A stretch of 64,000 bases of DNA. Source: Candidatus Heimdallarchaeota archaeon (GTDB lineage Archaea > Asgardarchaeota > Heimdallarchaeia > Heimdallarchaeales > Heimdallarchaeaceae). Positions 48,577-59,500 of this stretch are shown here, piece after piece (the first letter of the stretch is position 1; each line of letters begins with the position of its first letter). The DNA is taken from NCBI GenBank assembly GCA_021399345.1, contig JAAFKI010000124.1, positions 1 to 64,000 on the forward strand, in the 5' to 3' direction. Under the pieces are notes generated by a model. The model saw only the letters and a list, made by a program, of their open reading frames with translations, was not told the DNA's origin and made no database searches. The translations under genes were made by a program, and so were the position numbers.

Positions 48577-48702
48577 ATTAACAAAAACATCTCTACGATT
48601 CTTTAGGCATAAGATTATCTAAAACAACAAATTAGTGTACAAAAAATCACACTTATAAATGCAAAATTGAAATACACTCAACCGCAAAATATTGTGATTA
48701 TA

Positions 48703-48930
48703 ATGAAAGATAAAGTTCAAGCAACATTAAACGAAATTCGTGTAGCACTACAACAAGATGGTGGAGACATTGAACTTGTAGATGTAGAAGAAGATGGTAC
48801 TGTAAAAGTAGAATTACAAGGTGCATGTAGAGGGTGTCCTTATAGTCAAATGACTTTAACAGGTTATGTAGAAAAAGTACTAAAGGAAAGAGTTCCTGGA
48901 GTTAAAGAAGTTATAAATGTGAATTCTTGA
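48703..48930 (+). CDS. NifU/Nfu Fe-S carrier
   Basis: LQQDGGDIELV and LQGACRGCP motifs. Confidence 0.93.
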   Translation: MKDKVQATLNEIRVALQQDGGDIELVDVEEDGTVKVELQGACRGCPYSQMTLTGYVEKVLKERVPGVKEVINVNS

Positions 48931-49015
48931 AGCTTTGAGAACAGAGTAACAGTTACACAAACTTTTTTATCTTAATCTCCGTTGTTTTTTTATTACTGCT
49001 TGCAGATGATTATCA

Positions 49016-51559
49016 ATGACAGATTCTTTACCTCCTGAAATAGCTGCTCATAGAAACCGCATCAGTCCAGAATTAGCAGATTTTATTATTAAAGCACTTC
49101 AAGGAGAATTTACATCAGAAGCCTCTAAACAAATAGGGAGAATTTTATGGAATGTTATTGATGATCCTGTCTATGAGAAAGATGAAGAATTAAGGTATCT
49201 AGCAAGCAAAATAGGTGTAATGACAGGGCAATATGATTTAGCTATCAAAGCGATTACAGATGATATCGTAGGTACAAAAGTATGGGGAAGTGTTGCTCTT
49301 TTCGAAATTGGTGAGGTTGATGAAGCTATCTCTACATTACAGCAAATAATAGAAAAGGAAACATCAGACTTTATGCCTCTGATAGAAGCCATTTTTTGGT
49401 TGGTATATCTGAAGCATTTAATTGGTGATTCAGAAAATATTGACAGTTACAAAACCATTTTAGAGGATATCTTTGATCCTCGAAATACGAGAAGAATACA
49501 TCAACAAATTCAAGACATAAAGGATTTCACTGAAGGATTAATCGATCTTCAATCTGCAAGCAATATAGCAGGCTTAAAGAAAATTGAAGAATTTATTCAC
49601 AAAAGAGAAAATGCAGGAGATCAATTTTGGCAACTAATAGGACTATTAATACTTGGAGAACAACAACTTGATTCCTCTGATTATATTGCCTCAAATAAAA
49701 TATATGTTAAAGCAAGAGTTTTAGCAGAAAACATATCTAATGTTCCTCTAATAGGAGCCGTTGATATCGGTTTAGCTCATGTTCATTTTCTCAAAGGAGA
49801 ACTAAAAGCGGGAAATATACTATCTGCACAAACAAATGATAAATTGCAGGGAATTTCTCAGTATTATCTGGCTAAAGGACATTTTGTTAGAGGACAGATA
49901 ATGATTAAATTGGGTCATCATAAGATGGCAAGAGATAGCCTTAATGCTGCTTATTCACTTGCTAACCATTATCATGATTACAATAAATCATTCATAACTC
50001 TTTTAGCTATTGCAGAAAGCTATGCAATTACCAATGAAAAGGATAAGGCTCAAGAGATTTTTGATAAAGCTTACAATCAAGTCGTAAATATAGGAAACAA
50101 AAGGCAATTTGCTCAAGCATTGGTGCAAATTGCTACCAGCGATTATAGGCAGGGAAAGTTTGATTCAGCACTAAAACGAGCAGATCAAATTGAAACATTA
50201 TCAGAGGAGATACAATATCAAAAAGGAAAAACAGATGCTTTACGCCTAAGATCTCAAATTAATATAACTCGAAATAATGAAGTAGATAGAAACATCTTTA
50301 CTCTTCTTGCCTGCCAGATTCTATATTTGGAAGTTGGCGATGAGGATAGTAGTGCTAACTGTGATATCTTAATAGCAGAAGGCTATACAAAGCTAGGTAA
50401 TTCTCGAAAAGCAGCAATCCATTTAAATAATGCGAAAAACTTCTTCTTAAGAATTTCAGATAGTATGAAGATTGCAGAAATTAAAGAACTTCAAGCTTCA
50501 TTTGATATAAATGATGGTAAATTCGATGAAGCTTTAGTTAAACTTAGATCCTCTTATAGTCATTACTCTGATGTGTTTGATCGTAATAAACGAGTAGGAT
50601 GTTTACGAAAAATAGCAGACATTTTAGCTCTGAAAGGAGATTTCAGAGAGAGTTTAGCAAGATATACGAAGGTACAAGGCCTCATAAGTGAAAACAATGA
50701 TATGGTTGATAATGTTGTACTCCAGCTCAACAAAGCTAGAATTAGTCAGTATGCGAGTAAAACTGATATTGCTCAAGAGAGCTACAAATTTGTAGAGAGG
50801 TATTTAAGAGAAAATAAACTTAAAACTTTATTGGGGCAAATTTTGGTTGAAAAAACACTAATGTATATTGTTGAAGATAAAGAAGAGCTTGCAACTGAAA
50901 TAATGTCTCAGATTCAAGAATTAGCCAAAGAGGGTTATGACGACTTTAAATACTGGTATTGTTATCTTGAAGCCCTTAGGAATATAAAATCAGGCGAGTA
51001 TGTTAAAGCTTATTCTGACCTTACAAGTATTCTTCAGCAAACTTTGGAAAAGAACAATATTATTTCAATAGGAATTCTATTCAATCTAATTCGTCTCGTG
51101 ATTGAGATAAACGAAGAAAACCTTGCAGATTTGTTTGTTTATCAGGAAGTAAATAACTACATTGTTCTGCTGAAGGGGATTGTAACTGAAGGAAACTTCT
51201 ACTATCTAAGAGGAATTACTTTTTTGGTCGATTTATTATGGCAATTCATGTCTGAAATTGAGAGTGACTATAATGAAATAGTTGTTCAAGCTTCTGAATA
51301 TTTTGCAAGCACAGGAATAGAAGAGTTTGGGAATCTACTTCTAACATTACAATATAATATAGGAGATTGGGAAGGGCAAACTGAATCCAGAATTAGAACA
51401 ATTTTAGGGGCCCCCAAAACATATGAATCTCCAAAAATAGCTTTGTTAGAGATTCTTGAGAAGTCCAATAAATCACTATTTATAGAAGAAATTCTAAGAA
51501 CAGAGAACAGATTCTTAAAAGAGATTAAGTCCTTGAAAGAAGCTAAAGATAAAAAATAG
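49016..51559 (+). CDS. Large TPR-like alpha-solenoid protein
   Basis: Repeated about 40-aa helical units (G.FD.AL, LA..H...G). Confidence 0.8.
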   Translation: MTDSLPPEIAAHRNRISPELADFIIKALQGEFTSEASKQIGRILWNVIDDPVYEKDEELRYLASKIGVMTGQYDLAIKAITDDIVGTKVWGSVALFEIGEVDEAISTLQQIIEKETSDFMPLIEAIFWLVYLKHLIGDSENIDSYKTILEDIFDPRNTRRIHQQIQDIKDFTEGLIDLQSASNIAGLKKIEEFIHKRENAGDQFWQLIGLLILGEQQLDSSDYIASNKIYVKARVLAENISNVPLIGAVDIGLAHVHFLKGELKAGNILSAQTNDKLQGISQYYLAKGHFVRGQIMIKLGHHKMARDSLNAAYSLANHYHDYNKSFITLLAIAESYAITNEKDKAQEIFDKAYNQVVNIGNKRQFAQALVQIATSDYRQGKFDSALKRADQIETLSEEIQYQKGKTDALRLRSQINITRNNEVDRNIFTLLACQILYLEVGDEDSSANCDILIAEGYTKLGNSRKAAIHLNNAKNFFLRISDSMKIAEIKELQASFDINDGKFDEALVKLRSSYSHYSDVFDRNKRVGCLRKIADILALKGDFRESLARYTKVQGLISENNDMVDNVVLQLNKARISQYASKTDIAQESYKFVERYLRENKLKTLLGQILVEKTLMYIVEDKEELATEIMSQIQELAKEGYDDFKYWYCYLEALRNIKSGEYVKAYSDLTSILQQTLEKNNIISIGILFNLIRLVIEINEENLADLFVYQEVNNYIVLLKGIVTEGNFYYLRGITFLVDLLWQFMSEIESDYNEIVVQASEYFASTGIEEFGNLLLTLQYNIGDWEGQTESRIRTILGAPKTYESPKIALLEILEKSNKSLFIEEILRTENRFLKEIKSLKEAKDKK

Positions 51560-51569
51560 ATTTTAACTA

Positions 51570-52862
51570 TCATTTCACTGAATGCAATAGATCATCAATA
51601 ATGTGTTTTGATAATCCAAGATAATTTATCGGATCAAGAATATCTTCAATTTCTGTAGATGAGAACATTTCAGCAATTATGGAGTTTGTTTTTGCTGCTT
51701 CTATAAAGTCTTCTTCATTTGATAATTGTTTGAGTAATTCATGTGCTTTCTGCCTTCCCATTTTATTTGATAAACGAATCATCAGATGTTCTGCACATTG
51801 AGCTCCTTTCCGAAGATAGAGATTCTCTTTTATTTTTGGAATATTAAAATGCAGATTCTTCAGAATATCATTCATCTGTAATAAGATATAATGGGTTAAA
51901 ATAGATGTTTCAGCAAAAATAACTCTTTCTGCACTTGAATTTGATAAATCTCTTTCATGTTCCAATCCCACATTTTCTAGAGTAGGTTGTATTTTACTTC
52001 TAATGATTCTAGCTAAGCCACAAATTCTTTCACTCTTTTCAGGATTCTTTTTTTGAGGCATAGTTGAAGAACCTACTTGCGTACTGATGAAAGATTCTCT
52101 AATTTCATTGATTTCGGTTCGTTGTAAATTTCTGATTTCTTTTGCGAAATGCTCTAAGACAGTAGCAATAAGTGCAAGGCTGTAAATGTAATTTGCATGA
52201 ATAACTCTAGAAATTACTTGTGTAGTAATTGGTTGTTTTTCTAAATCTAGTTTTTCAAGGATTATCTTTTCTATTTCTTGGGTTCCATATGATGCGTAAG
52301 TTCCAACCGCTCCTGAAAATTTACCATAAGCTACCTTAAATCCTTCCAATGTCTTTTTCGCTAGAAGTAATTCATTTAGAAAATTCCCAAATTTCATTCC
52401 ATATGTTGTTGGTACAGCATGTATTCCATGTGTTCTCCCAATACATGCTAATTCCTTATGTTCTTCAGCTAATTTACTTACAATTTCAATTGTAGTTTCC
52501 AAAGCGCTCAAAATCTCTTTTTTAGCTTCTCTGAGTTGTAATCCTCTCACAGTATCCTGTATATCATAAGAAGTAGCTCCAAGGTGGATGTATCCGCCAT
52601 ACTCACCACATTGTTCAGAAATTGCAAGGACGAGACTCATAAGATCATGGTGGATTTCCTTCTCTATTTCTTTAGCTCGCTCCAATTTAACAAATTCAGG
52701 TATGCATTTCAATTGAATAACATCATTAGCTTCTTTTGGTATCTTTCCAACCTTGAAATTAGCATCAGCCAATTCCTTCTCTATCAACAGTTGTAATTCA
52801 AATTTTCTCTGTGATGAAAAAACATCATTTAAGTTAGTTTTATACCTTTCAATTTCGAGCAT
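51570..52862 (-). CDS. purB: Adenylosuccinate lyase
   Basis: HLGATSYDI, GRTHG.HA.PTT.G, GSSTMPQKKNP and HERDLSNS motifs. Confidence 0.95.
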   Translation of the reverse strand: MLEIERYKTNLNDVFSSQRKFELQLLIEKELADANFKVGKIPKEANDVIQLKCIPEFVKLERAKEIEKEIHHDLMSLVLAISEQCGEYGGYIHLGATSYDIQDTVRGLQLREAKKEILSALETTIEIVSKLAEEHKELACIGRTHGIHAVPTTYGMKFGNFLNELLLAKKTLEGFKVAYGKFSGAVGTYASYGTQEIEKIILEKLDLEKQPITTQVISRVIHANYIYSLALIATVLEHFAKEIRNLQRTEINEIRESFISTQVGSSTMPQKKNPEKSERICGLARIIRSKIQPTLENVGLEHERDLSNSSAERVIFAETSILTHYILLQMNDILKNLHFNIPKIKENLYLRKGAQCAEHLMIRLSNKMGRQKAHELLKQLSNEEDFIEAAKTNSIIAEMFSSTEIEDILDPINYLGLSKHIIDDLLHSVK

Positions 52863-52930
52863 ATTACCACCTCACACTACAGTATAAGGTATTTAGTAGT
52901 ATATTAAAAGATGTCCGACACTAAATACAG

Positions 52931-54232
52931 TTATTGTTTCAATTTCTTTTTCTTTCTTACCGCAAGTGTGAATACTGCAAGGAAAGCAAACAAGTAAGCA
53001 TAGTTTGAAGGTGTTGGAGTTGTTGGTGGAATATAAGGGAGTAATTCAAAATTGTACGTTGTAGAATCTACACTTAAACTTGTTTCATTTAGAATTGTAA
53101 ATTGAGTGAATCCCCTATCAAAAAGAGGTTCTTGTATGTGATATAGAACATCATTACTCAGATATAGACTTTCTATGTGTTCATGTCCATATAGATTAAC
53201 TTCTATTGGATATCGTTTGTTGAAGTTTGTTGCATCACTATGGAAATCATGATGATAATATAGTATTGTAGCATCGTCACTGTTTTCACTAAGAATTTGT
53301 CGCATTTGTAAGATCTCTTCTGAATTAAGTCCTTCAAATGATGATCCGAATCCAACCAGTGCCCAATCCAGATATGTAAAATTTTGATAACGAATAGGTC
53401 CAAGATAGTTATACCAATTATCTTCTACTATGTCAGGAACCATTGTACTTTGAGAAAATTCATGATTTCCATGTATACAATATACAGGTAAATCAAGAGT
53501 GTCTAAAGCCCAAAGTCCAAGACGAAGCTGAATCTCTCCTCTCATATGTCCACCAGTCACAGGATTAAGAAAATACAAAGTTGGACCTTGTATTAAATCA
53601 CCAGTAAAAATTACAAAATCTGGATCTAACTCTTTAATTTTGGCTAATTCTTCTAGATTGATATCTGAAGAATTAAAGGCAGTATCATTACTATATGTAT
53701 ATGAGGGGAAATGAGCATCAGATATGTGTACAAATGTAAATGGATATGTTTTTTCCTCAATTATTTTTACTGAATGAGTCTGATAATCAGATCCTTCGCT
53801 ACAATTTAATTGTAAATCATATAGTCCCTCCTCCATTTGAGTTGGTAAGACCTCAAAATACCACTTTTCATCAACATAATCAGAGGAAACTATGTTAAGA
53901 ATTTGAGAGGAGTTGGTTTTATGTAAAGTGAAATTCCAATCTGATGCGCTAGAAGAGCCAGATGTAATTATATTCAGTTTTTCATTAAAAACAATGATAG
54001 AGGGGTTAGCTTTGTTTGGATATTGTATCATCCCAAAAAATCTAGCTACTAGAGCATATCTTGGGTCCTGTGTTTCGTTAAAGAATTCATCTGGTGAGTT
54101 GGCAAAATAATCAAAACTAGGGTAATAGTCCTCTGGTTTTTCCTGTTTTGACAATATATTTTGATGGGGAAGAATTAAACTTACTGTAAGAAACAAAATA
54201 GTTAAACCCAATACAAATGACTTAGATTTCAT
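52931..54232 (-). CDS. Secreted metallophosphoesterase with C-terminal membrane anchor
   Basis: HISDAH, FTGDL, GNHE and GHEH motifs; signal peptide; PTTPTP linker, TM and RKKKK. Confidence 0.88.
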   Translation of the reverse strand: MKSKSFVLGLTILFLTVSLILPHQNILSKQEKPEDYYPSFDYFANSPDEFFNETQDPRYALVARFFGMIQYPNKANPSIIVFNEKLNIITSGSSSASDWNFTLHKTNSSQILNIVSSDYVDEKWYFEVLPTQMEEGLYDLQLNCSEGSDYQTHSVKIIEEKTYPFTFVHISDAHFPSYTYSNDTAFNSSDINLEELAKIKELDPDFVIFTGDLIQGPTLYFLNPVTGGHMRGEIQLRLGLWALDTLDLPVYCIHGNHEFSQSTMVPDIVEDNWYNYLGPIRYQNFTYLDWALVGFGSSFEGLNSEEILQMRQILSENSDDATILYYHHDFHSDATNFNKRYPIEVNLYGHEHIESLYLSNDVLYHIQEPLFDRGFTQFTILNETSLSVDSTTYNFELLPYIPPTTPTPSNYAYLFAFLAVFTLAVRKKKKLKQ

Positions 54233-54358
54233 TTTATCAAATAAAGGAGTTAACTCATTGTTCAAAAAGATTCTGGAAAGACAATGTGTATTGAGGAGAT
54301 TTTTTTGTGATTTCCTTCATGGAAAACCTTTTTTTAGAATCCAAACCTAGTAATAATT

Positions 54359-55447
54359 ATGCCACATGTAAGAATGTCTCGAAATCTTAATCAAAGTATT
54401 TTCGCACTTATTGTTGGAACAATGTTTAGTGTTCTTCTTATACCAGTTTTTGGAATGAATGTTTTAATTCTGGCAATCTTTGAGATTCCCTTAGCCTTTC
54501 TTGTGGCATTAATAGCAGTTACGGAATGTTTGTACCAGTATAAAGATGATGTTTCGGTAGATTCTACTTTCAACATGATTATGCCTCTATTGAAATCATT
54601 AGGCATTTCGATACCTGTTGTTCTGTTTTATGGGGCCATCACAATAATTTTCAATGAAACAATTCCAGCTTTTGAACAAGCTCTACTCCCGCTTTTTATT
54701 CAATATCAAGGTTTACCAAGCCTAGTAACAATTTACCTAATCAATTTTGTTCCAATTTTTGTAATGCTGTTTGCATTACCTTTCTTTTTGTATATTTACG
54801 GAAAAGTACATGTTCTTTTCTTCACTGATAAAGAAGATAGGAAGACCAGAGTAACAAAAGCAGATATGGAAGAAAAGGAACTTAACAAAAAAGTATTCCA
54901 AATGACAGATAAACTGGAAAATTATGCTTTTCAACTACAACAATATCTTCTAGAACTGCAAGGTGTACCAAATCAAATAGCCGTAGTTAATGATTATGAA
55001 TCTTTCAAAGCTTTAAGTATGAGATTGAACATGGTTAAAGATTACGTAAAAACAATAGACATAGCTGATGATAAAACAACTAAAAAGATTCTTTCAGAAG
55101 AAGAAGTGAAAATGAAATTAAATGAAGTAGAAATGCAGAAGAAGACAGTCATTGACATTGTTGAACAAAATCTCAAAAAGCTCAAAAAGGATAAAAAACG
55201 ATTCGAAAAAGAAGAGGAAGAGGGCATAGAAGAGGCTGAAGAGCCAGAAGAAATTAAGCTGCCAGATGAAGTCGAGGAAGCTGAAGAACCAAAAATTGTT
55301 CAAGAGCCAGAGAAAACAAAGCCAAAGAAAACAAAGCCAGAAGAACCAAAACCAGAAGAACCGAAACCAGAAGAGCCAGAACCAGAAGAGCCAGAATCTG
55401 ATGAAGAAGAATTACAAGATCCAAGTGAAATTATTCAAGACGATTAA
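54359..55447 (+). CDS. 4-TM membrane protein with coiled coil and PEEP-repeat tail
   Basis: Hydrophobic N-half, K/E-rich middle, low-complexity tail. Confidence 0.75.
   Translation: MPHVRMSRNLNQSIFALIVGTMFSVLLIPVFGMNVLILAIFEIPLAFLVALIAVTECLYQYKDDVSVDSTFNMIMPLLKSLGISIPVVLFYGAITIIFNETIPAFEQALLPLFIQYQGLPSLVTIYLINFVPIFVMLFALPFFLYIYGKVHVLFFTDKEDRKTRVTKADMEEKELNKKVFQMTDKLENYAFQLQQYLLELQGVPNQIAVVNDYESFKALSMRLNMVKDYVKTIDIADDKTTKKILSEEEVKMKLNEVEMQKKTVIDIVEQNLKKLKKDKKRFEKEEEEGIEEAEEPEEIKLPDEVEEAEEPKIVQEPEKTKPKKTKPEEPKPEEPKPEEPEPEEPESDEEELQDPSEIIQDD
55334..55396 (+). repeat. 15-bp coding tandem repeat (K/E-PEEP x4)
   Basis: AAGCCAGAAGAACCA-type units. Confidence 0.8.
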
Positions 55448-55480
55448 TTTTCATAAAAAAAGAATAGAAGGAAGGATAAA

Positions 55481-56140
55481 TTAAGCTTTTTCATAAGCTT
55501 CCATCAATTTTTCTACAAAATTATCCTCAGGAAAAGATCCTTCAAACTGAACATCCCCTTGATTAATCACAGTTTTTGGAACGCCCATTACAAAATATTT
55601 CTGTGAGAGCAGTGGAAATTCAGTAGCTTCAACCATCTCACCATAAATATTTGGATTTGCCATTGCTGCTTTATGAGCTAATCTAACAGCAGCTGGGCAA
55701 TAAGGACAAGTAGGTGTTACAAAGACTTGAATCTTCATTGGTTTGTCAATCTTTTGAATTTTCTCTAAATTCTCTTTTTTTAGAGTAATCTTTCCTGCTG
55801 AGATATCTAATATATCTTCCACCAATGAACCAAACTCATAACCACTTGGAATTCCAGTAAACACAACATTACGCTCTTCTTTTCCATGTAATATAATGGT
55901 TGGAAATCGTTCAATGTTATATTTTTGAATTTCAGGAGGATTTTCTTCCTTATTGAAAAGTTCAACCTTTATCATGTTTTCAGGAGCGAGTTCCGCTAAC
56001 ATCTCCATGATTTCTTTTGTTTGAGCACATGTCAAACACTTCTCTTTATCTACAAATAACTTGGCAGTAACTTGGTTTTCCATGTGTTGGAAAATCTCTT
56101 TAACTTGCCTTTTGATATTATCATCAACATCTACTGACAT
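55481..56140 (-). CDS. Protein disulfide oxidoreductase (PDO, two thioredoxin folds)
   Basis: CLTC, GIPSGYEFGSL, TPTCPYCP and VMGVPK motifs. Confidence 0.93.
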   Translation of the reverse strand: MSVDVDDNIKRQVKEIFQHMENQVTAKLFVDKEKCLTCAQTKEIMEMLAELAPENMIKVELFNKEENPPEIQKYNIERFPTIILHGKEERNVVFTGIPSGYEFGSLVEDILDISAGKITLKKENLEKIQKIDKPMKIQVFVTPTCPYCPAAVRLAHKAAMANPNIYGEMVEATEFPLLSQKYFVMGVPKTVINQGDVQFEGSFPEDNFVEKLMEAYEKA

Positions 56141-56224
56141 TTAAATTCACCTTCGTGTGTGCTATATTTATACACACTCAATCAAATATAAATATTTCTC
56201 TCTTGCAAAAAGAAAAAAAAGAGA

Positions 56225-56497
56225 TTAACCAGTTCGTTTTATTATATGATAACCAAATTCTGTTTTTACTAGACCTGAGAGTTCTCCTTTTGCTAATGAA
56301 AATGCTGTTTTTTCGAATTCCTTTACCATCTGTCCTCTAGTGAAGAATCCTAAACTTCCTCCTTTCTTTCCTGAAGAGCAAATTGAATGCTTTTTTGCTA
56401 GTTCTGCAAAATCAGTTCCAGCTTTTATTTCATCTAGTATTCGAATAGCTTCCGATCTTTTTTTAACGAGAATGTGGCTTGCTTTAACTTTGGACAT
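56225..56497 (-). CDS. ppiC: Parvulin-type peptidyl-prolyl isomerase
   Basis: [18 protein letters not shown]...GG.LG.F.RGQMV and TEFGYHII motifs. Confidence 0.95.
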   Translation of the reverse strand: MSKVKASHILVKKRSEAIRILDEIKAGTDFAELAKKHSICSSGKKGGSLGFFTRGQMVKEFEKTAFSLAKGELSGLVKTEFGYHIIKRTG

Positions 56498-56564
56498 AAT
56501 ATCACCAAGTTTCCTTTTTTCAAGATATTAAAAAGTATTTGATTTATCATTTGGAGATAAGAAT

Positions 56565-57260
56565 TCAGCTTAGAATTATCCGAGCATCGATTGCCTTCAA
56601 TCCTTCCTTAGTTGCTACAACAGGATTCAAATCCATTTCCTTTATTACCTTATTTTCTTCAATAATCTTTGAAACATTTATCACAAAATTACTCAGTTCC
56701 AACAAGTCAACTTCAGGTAAACCACGATAACCGTCTAACATTTTCTTACCCTGAATTTCCTCTATCATGTCTCTTACATCCTTTTCAGATATGGGAATTA
56801 AACGGAATGTTACATCTTTATAGATTTCAACAAAAATCCCTCCTATTCCCAGAGCAATCATTTTACCAAACTGATCATCTGTATTAGTTCCAATAAGAAG
56901 TTCCACTCCTTCAACCATTTCTTCAATACTAAAACCTTCAATTTCTGCTGAGGGGTAATAGTTCTTAACACTAGTCAGCATCTCATTATACGCTGTTCTT
57001 AATTCACTATCTGAAGAAATCCTGATTTTAACTCCTCCCGAATCAGATTTATGAATTACATCTTTTGATATTATCTTCAAAACCACAGGATATCCTATTT
57101 CATTTGCTTTTGTAACACATTCATCTAGATTTTTTGCAAAACACATTTTGTTTAATGGTAAACCAGCAAGTTTCATTATTGTCCTTGATTCTGCATAAGT
57201 AAGAATATGCCGTCCTTCAGATGATATTTTGTCTAAAATGATTTTAATTTCAGAACTCAT
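56565..57260 (-). CDS. acdB: Second ADP-forming acyl-CoA ligase beta subunit
   Basis: GYPVVLKI.S, HKSDSGGV, EMDLNP and IDARI motifs. Confidence 0.9.
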   Translation of the reverse strand: MSSEIKIILDKISSEGRHILTYAESRTIMKLAGLPLNKMCFAKNLDECVTKANEIGYPVVLKIISKDVIHKSDSGGVKIRISSDSELRTAYNEMLTSVKNYYPSAEIEGFSIEEMVEGVELLIGTNTDDQFGKMIALGIGGIFVEIYKDVTFRLIPISEKDVRDMIEEIQGKKMLDGYRGLPEVDLLELSNFVINVSKIIEENKVIKEMDLNPVVATKEGLKAIDARIILS

Positions 57261-57445
57261 GATAATCACAGATATTCCTTAGGTGGAATGTTTCAAGTAG
57301 TAAGTTTACCTTAGACCTTTATCTTTTAAAAGCTTCCAAAGTCACTTCTATTTCTTTTCATCTAAGAACAATTATTTAAGCTTCAAAGAGAAATATTTTT
57401 GATAGCTATATTTCTTTTAGATTAGAGAGATAATAAGGTGAATCT

Positions 57446-59335
57446 ATGAATTATAGAAATAAGATGGAAGAAATCATTTCAGGAAAAAATCGATTATCTG
57501 AGGAAGAGCGCCTAAAGCTAGACTTCAAACCTGACGAAATTCCCCCCCTTCCAAAAGGAGAAGAGGCTTTAAAACCTAGAACAAAGGCAGGATGGGAGAC
57601 TGAAGCTATTATCAGAGCAATGATATCTAATCTGCATAATGGTAGAGATTGGGAATCATTATACATCTATGGTGGTTCTGGTAAAGTTGCCAGAGACTGG
57701 AAATCCTTCTATGAGACCATTGATCTCTTAAAAAATTTAGAACCAAATGAAACATTATTTTTGCAATCTGGTGTCCCTTATGGTAAAATGCAAACAACAC
57801 GCTGGTCCCCCAGATGTGTTATAACAAATAGCGTTATTGTACCTCATTGGGCCCCTAATTTTGAAGAATTTGTTGCTTCAGGATTATCTGTCTATGGACA
57901 AATGACAGCTGGTTCGTTTATATTCATAGGATTACAAGGTATTATTCAAGGAACTTATGAAACAATTGCAGCTGCTATCAAAACTGCAGAAAAGAAAGAT
58001 GTCTATCAGAAATTATCAAATTTTGAGAAAAAGCTGATTGTTAGCGCTGGTTTAGGTTTAATGAGTGGAGCACAACCCCTATCAATCAAAATGTGTGGTA
58101 AAATCGCTATAGTTGCTGAAGTAAATCCGAATTTAATAGATAGAATGTATAATACGGGAAGAAATCAAGGGGTTCCTTATCTTGATTATAAGACTGAATC
58201 TATCGAAGAAGCAATAAAAATTGCTAGAGAAGCAGCGGCAAAAGATCAATCCATTTCTATAGGCGTTTTATGCAATGCTGTTGACCTTTTACAGCATCTT
58301 GTTGATAACAACATCACACCTCATGTTCTAACTGATCAAACATCAGCACATGATTTGTTAAATGGTTATTACCCCATGGGTATTTCCTATGATGAGGCAG
58401 ATATTCTAAGAGTTGAAAGCCCTGAAGAATATATCGAGCAATCTAGAAAGACTGTTATTCGTCATGTAAATCAGATGGTTGAACTTAACAAGCGAGGATC
58501 AGAAACATTTGATTATGGTAACAATATTCGACAACAAGCCTATGAATTGGGAGTGAAAGACGCCTTTGATTATGGAGGATTTGTTCTAGAGTATGTTAGA
58601 CCACTTTTCTGTGAAGGAAAAGGACCTTTCAGATGGATGGCTTTGAGCAATGACCCCCAAGATATCAGAACTACTGATGACTACGCAAAGAAGTTATTCT
58701 TTGATGATAAACAATTAGTGAATTGGTTGGAGTTAGCTGATAAATATATTCCTTTTGAAAATGGATTGCCTGCTAGAGTTTTCTGGGCAGGTTTTATTGG
58801 TCGAGCAGCTTTTGGAATGTTAATGAACAAACTTGTTGCAGAAGGAATTCTTAAAGCTCCTGTTGTTATAGGAAGGGATCATCTTGATGGTGGAAGTGTT
58901 GCATCCCCAAACAGAGAAACTGAAGGTATGAAGGATGGCAGTGATGCTATTGGCGATTTTCCTGTTCTAAATCTGATGGGGAACGCGTTGAGTGGAGCAA
59001 CTTGGGTTTCATATCATGGTGGTGGTGGAGTGGGAGTAGGATATTCGCTTCATGCAGGACAAGTAATTCTAGCAGATGGTACTAGACTATCTCAAGAAAG
59101 ATTATTCAGAGTACTAACTTGGGATCCGATGAGTGCAGTTTTAAGACATGCTGCAGCGGGATATGAGAAAGCTATTGAAATTGGAGAGAAACATCAACTA
59201 GTTATACCAGGGAAAAATGAGCATAAAGAATTTGACTATAATAAATTATATCAACACATAATTAGTTGGGTCAAAGAAAGAACAGGAATCGAGTTATTTC
59301 AACCACTAGAGAAACTAGAGCTAGATCTATCTTGA
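57446..59335 (+). CDS. hutU: Urocanate hydratase
   Basis: YGGSGK.ARDW, YGQMTAGS, TDQTSAHD, FDYGNNIR and GRDHLD..SVASPNRETE motifs. Confidence 0.96.
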   Translation: MNYRNKMEEIISGKNRLSEEERLKLDFKPDEIPPLPKGEEALKPRTKAGWETEAIIRAMISNLHNGRDWESLYIYGGSGKVARDWKSFYETIDLLKNLEPNETLFLQSGVPYGKMQTTRWSPRCVITNSVIVPHWAPNFEEFVASGLSVYGQMTAGSFIFIGLQGIIQGTYETIAAAIKTAEKKDVYQKLSNFEKKLIVSAGLGLMSGAQPLSIKMCGKIAIVAEVNPNLIDRMYNTGRNQGVPYLDYKTESIEEAIKIAREAAAKDQSISIGVLCNAVDLLQHLVDNNITPHVLTDQTSAHDLLNGYYPMGISYDEADILRVESPEEYIEQSRKTVIRHVNQMVELNKRGSETFDYGNNIRQQAYELGVKDAFDYGGFVLEYVRPLFCEGKGPFRWMALSNDPQDIRTTDDYAKKLFFDDKQLVNWLELADKYIPFENGLPARVFWAGFIGRAAFGMLMNKLVAEGILKAPVVIGRDHLDGGSVASPNRETEGMKDGSDAIGDFPVLNLMGNALSGATWVSYHGGGGVGVGYSLHAGQVILADGTRLSQERLFRVLTWDPMSAVLRHAAAGYEKAIEIGEKHQLVIPGKNEHKEFDYNKLYQHIISWVKERTGIELFQPLEKLELDLS

Positions 59336-59500
59336 TTCACTATACTTTTTTCCAATATAAGCATATTTTGAAAATCGTACATTAATCATTCTTTTTATTA
59401 ATTAATAATGGCAAATCAGGTATGACTAAGAGAACTTCTTTAGATCAACGTTTCGTGACTTATTCGTAACTTTAATAAAGACTTACCAGAGTTTTCGACC

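Noticed and set aside
55313-55396. Tandem repeats as a CRISPR array or mobile element
   Set aside because: Short in-frame coding repeats with no spacers and no cas genes
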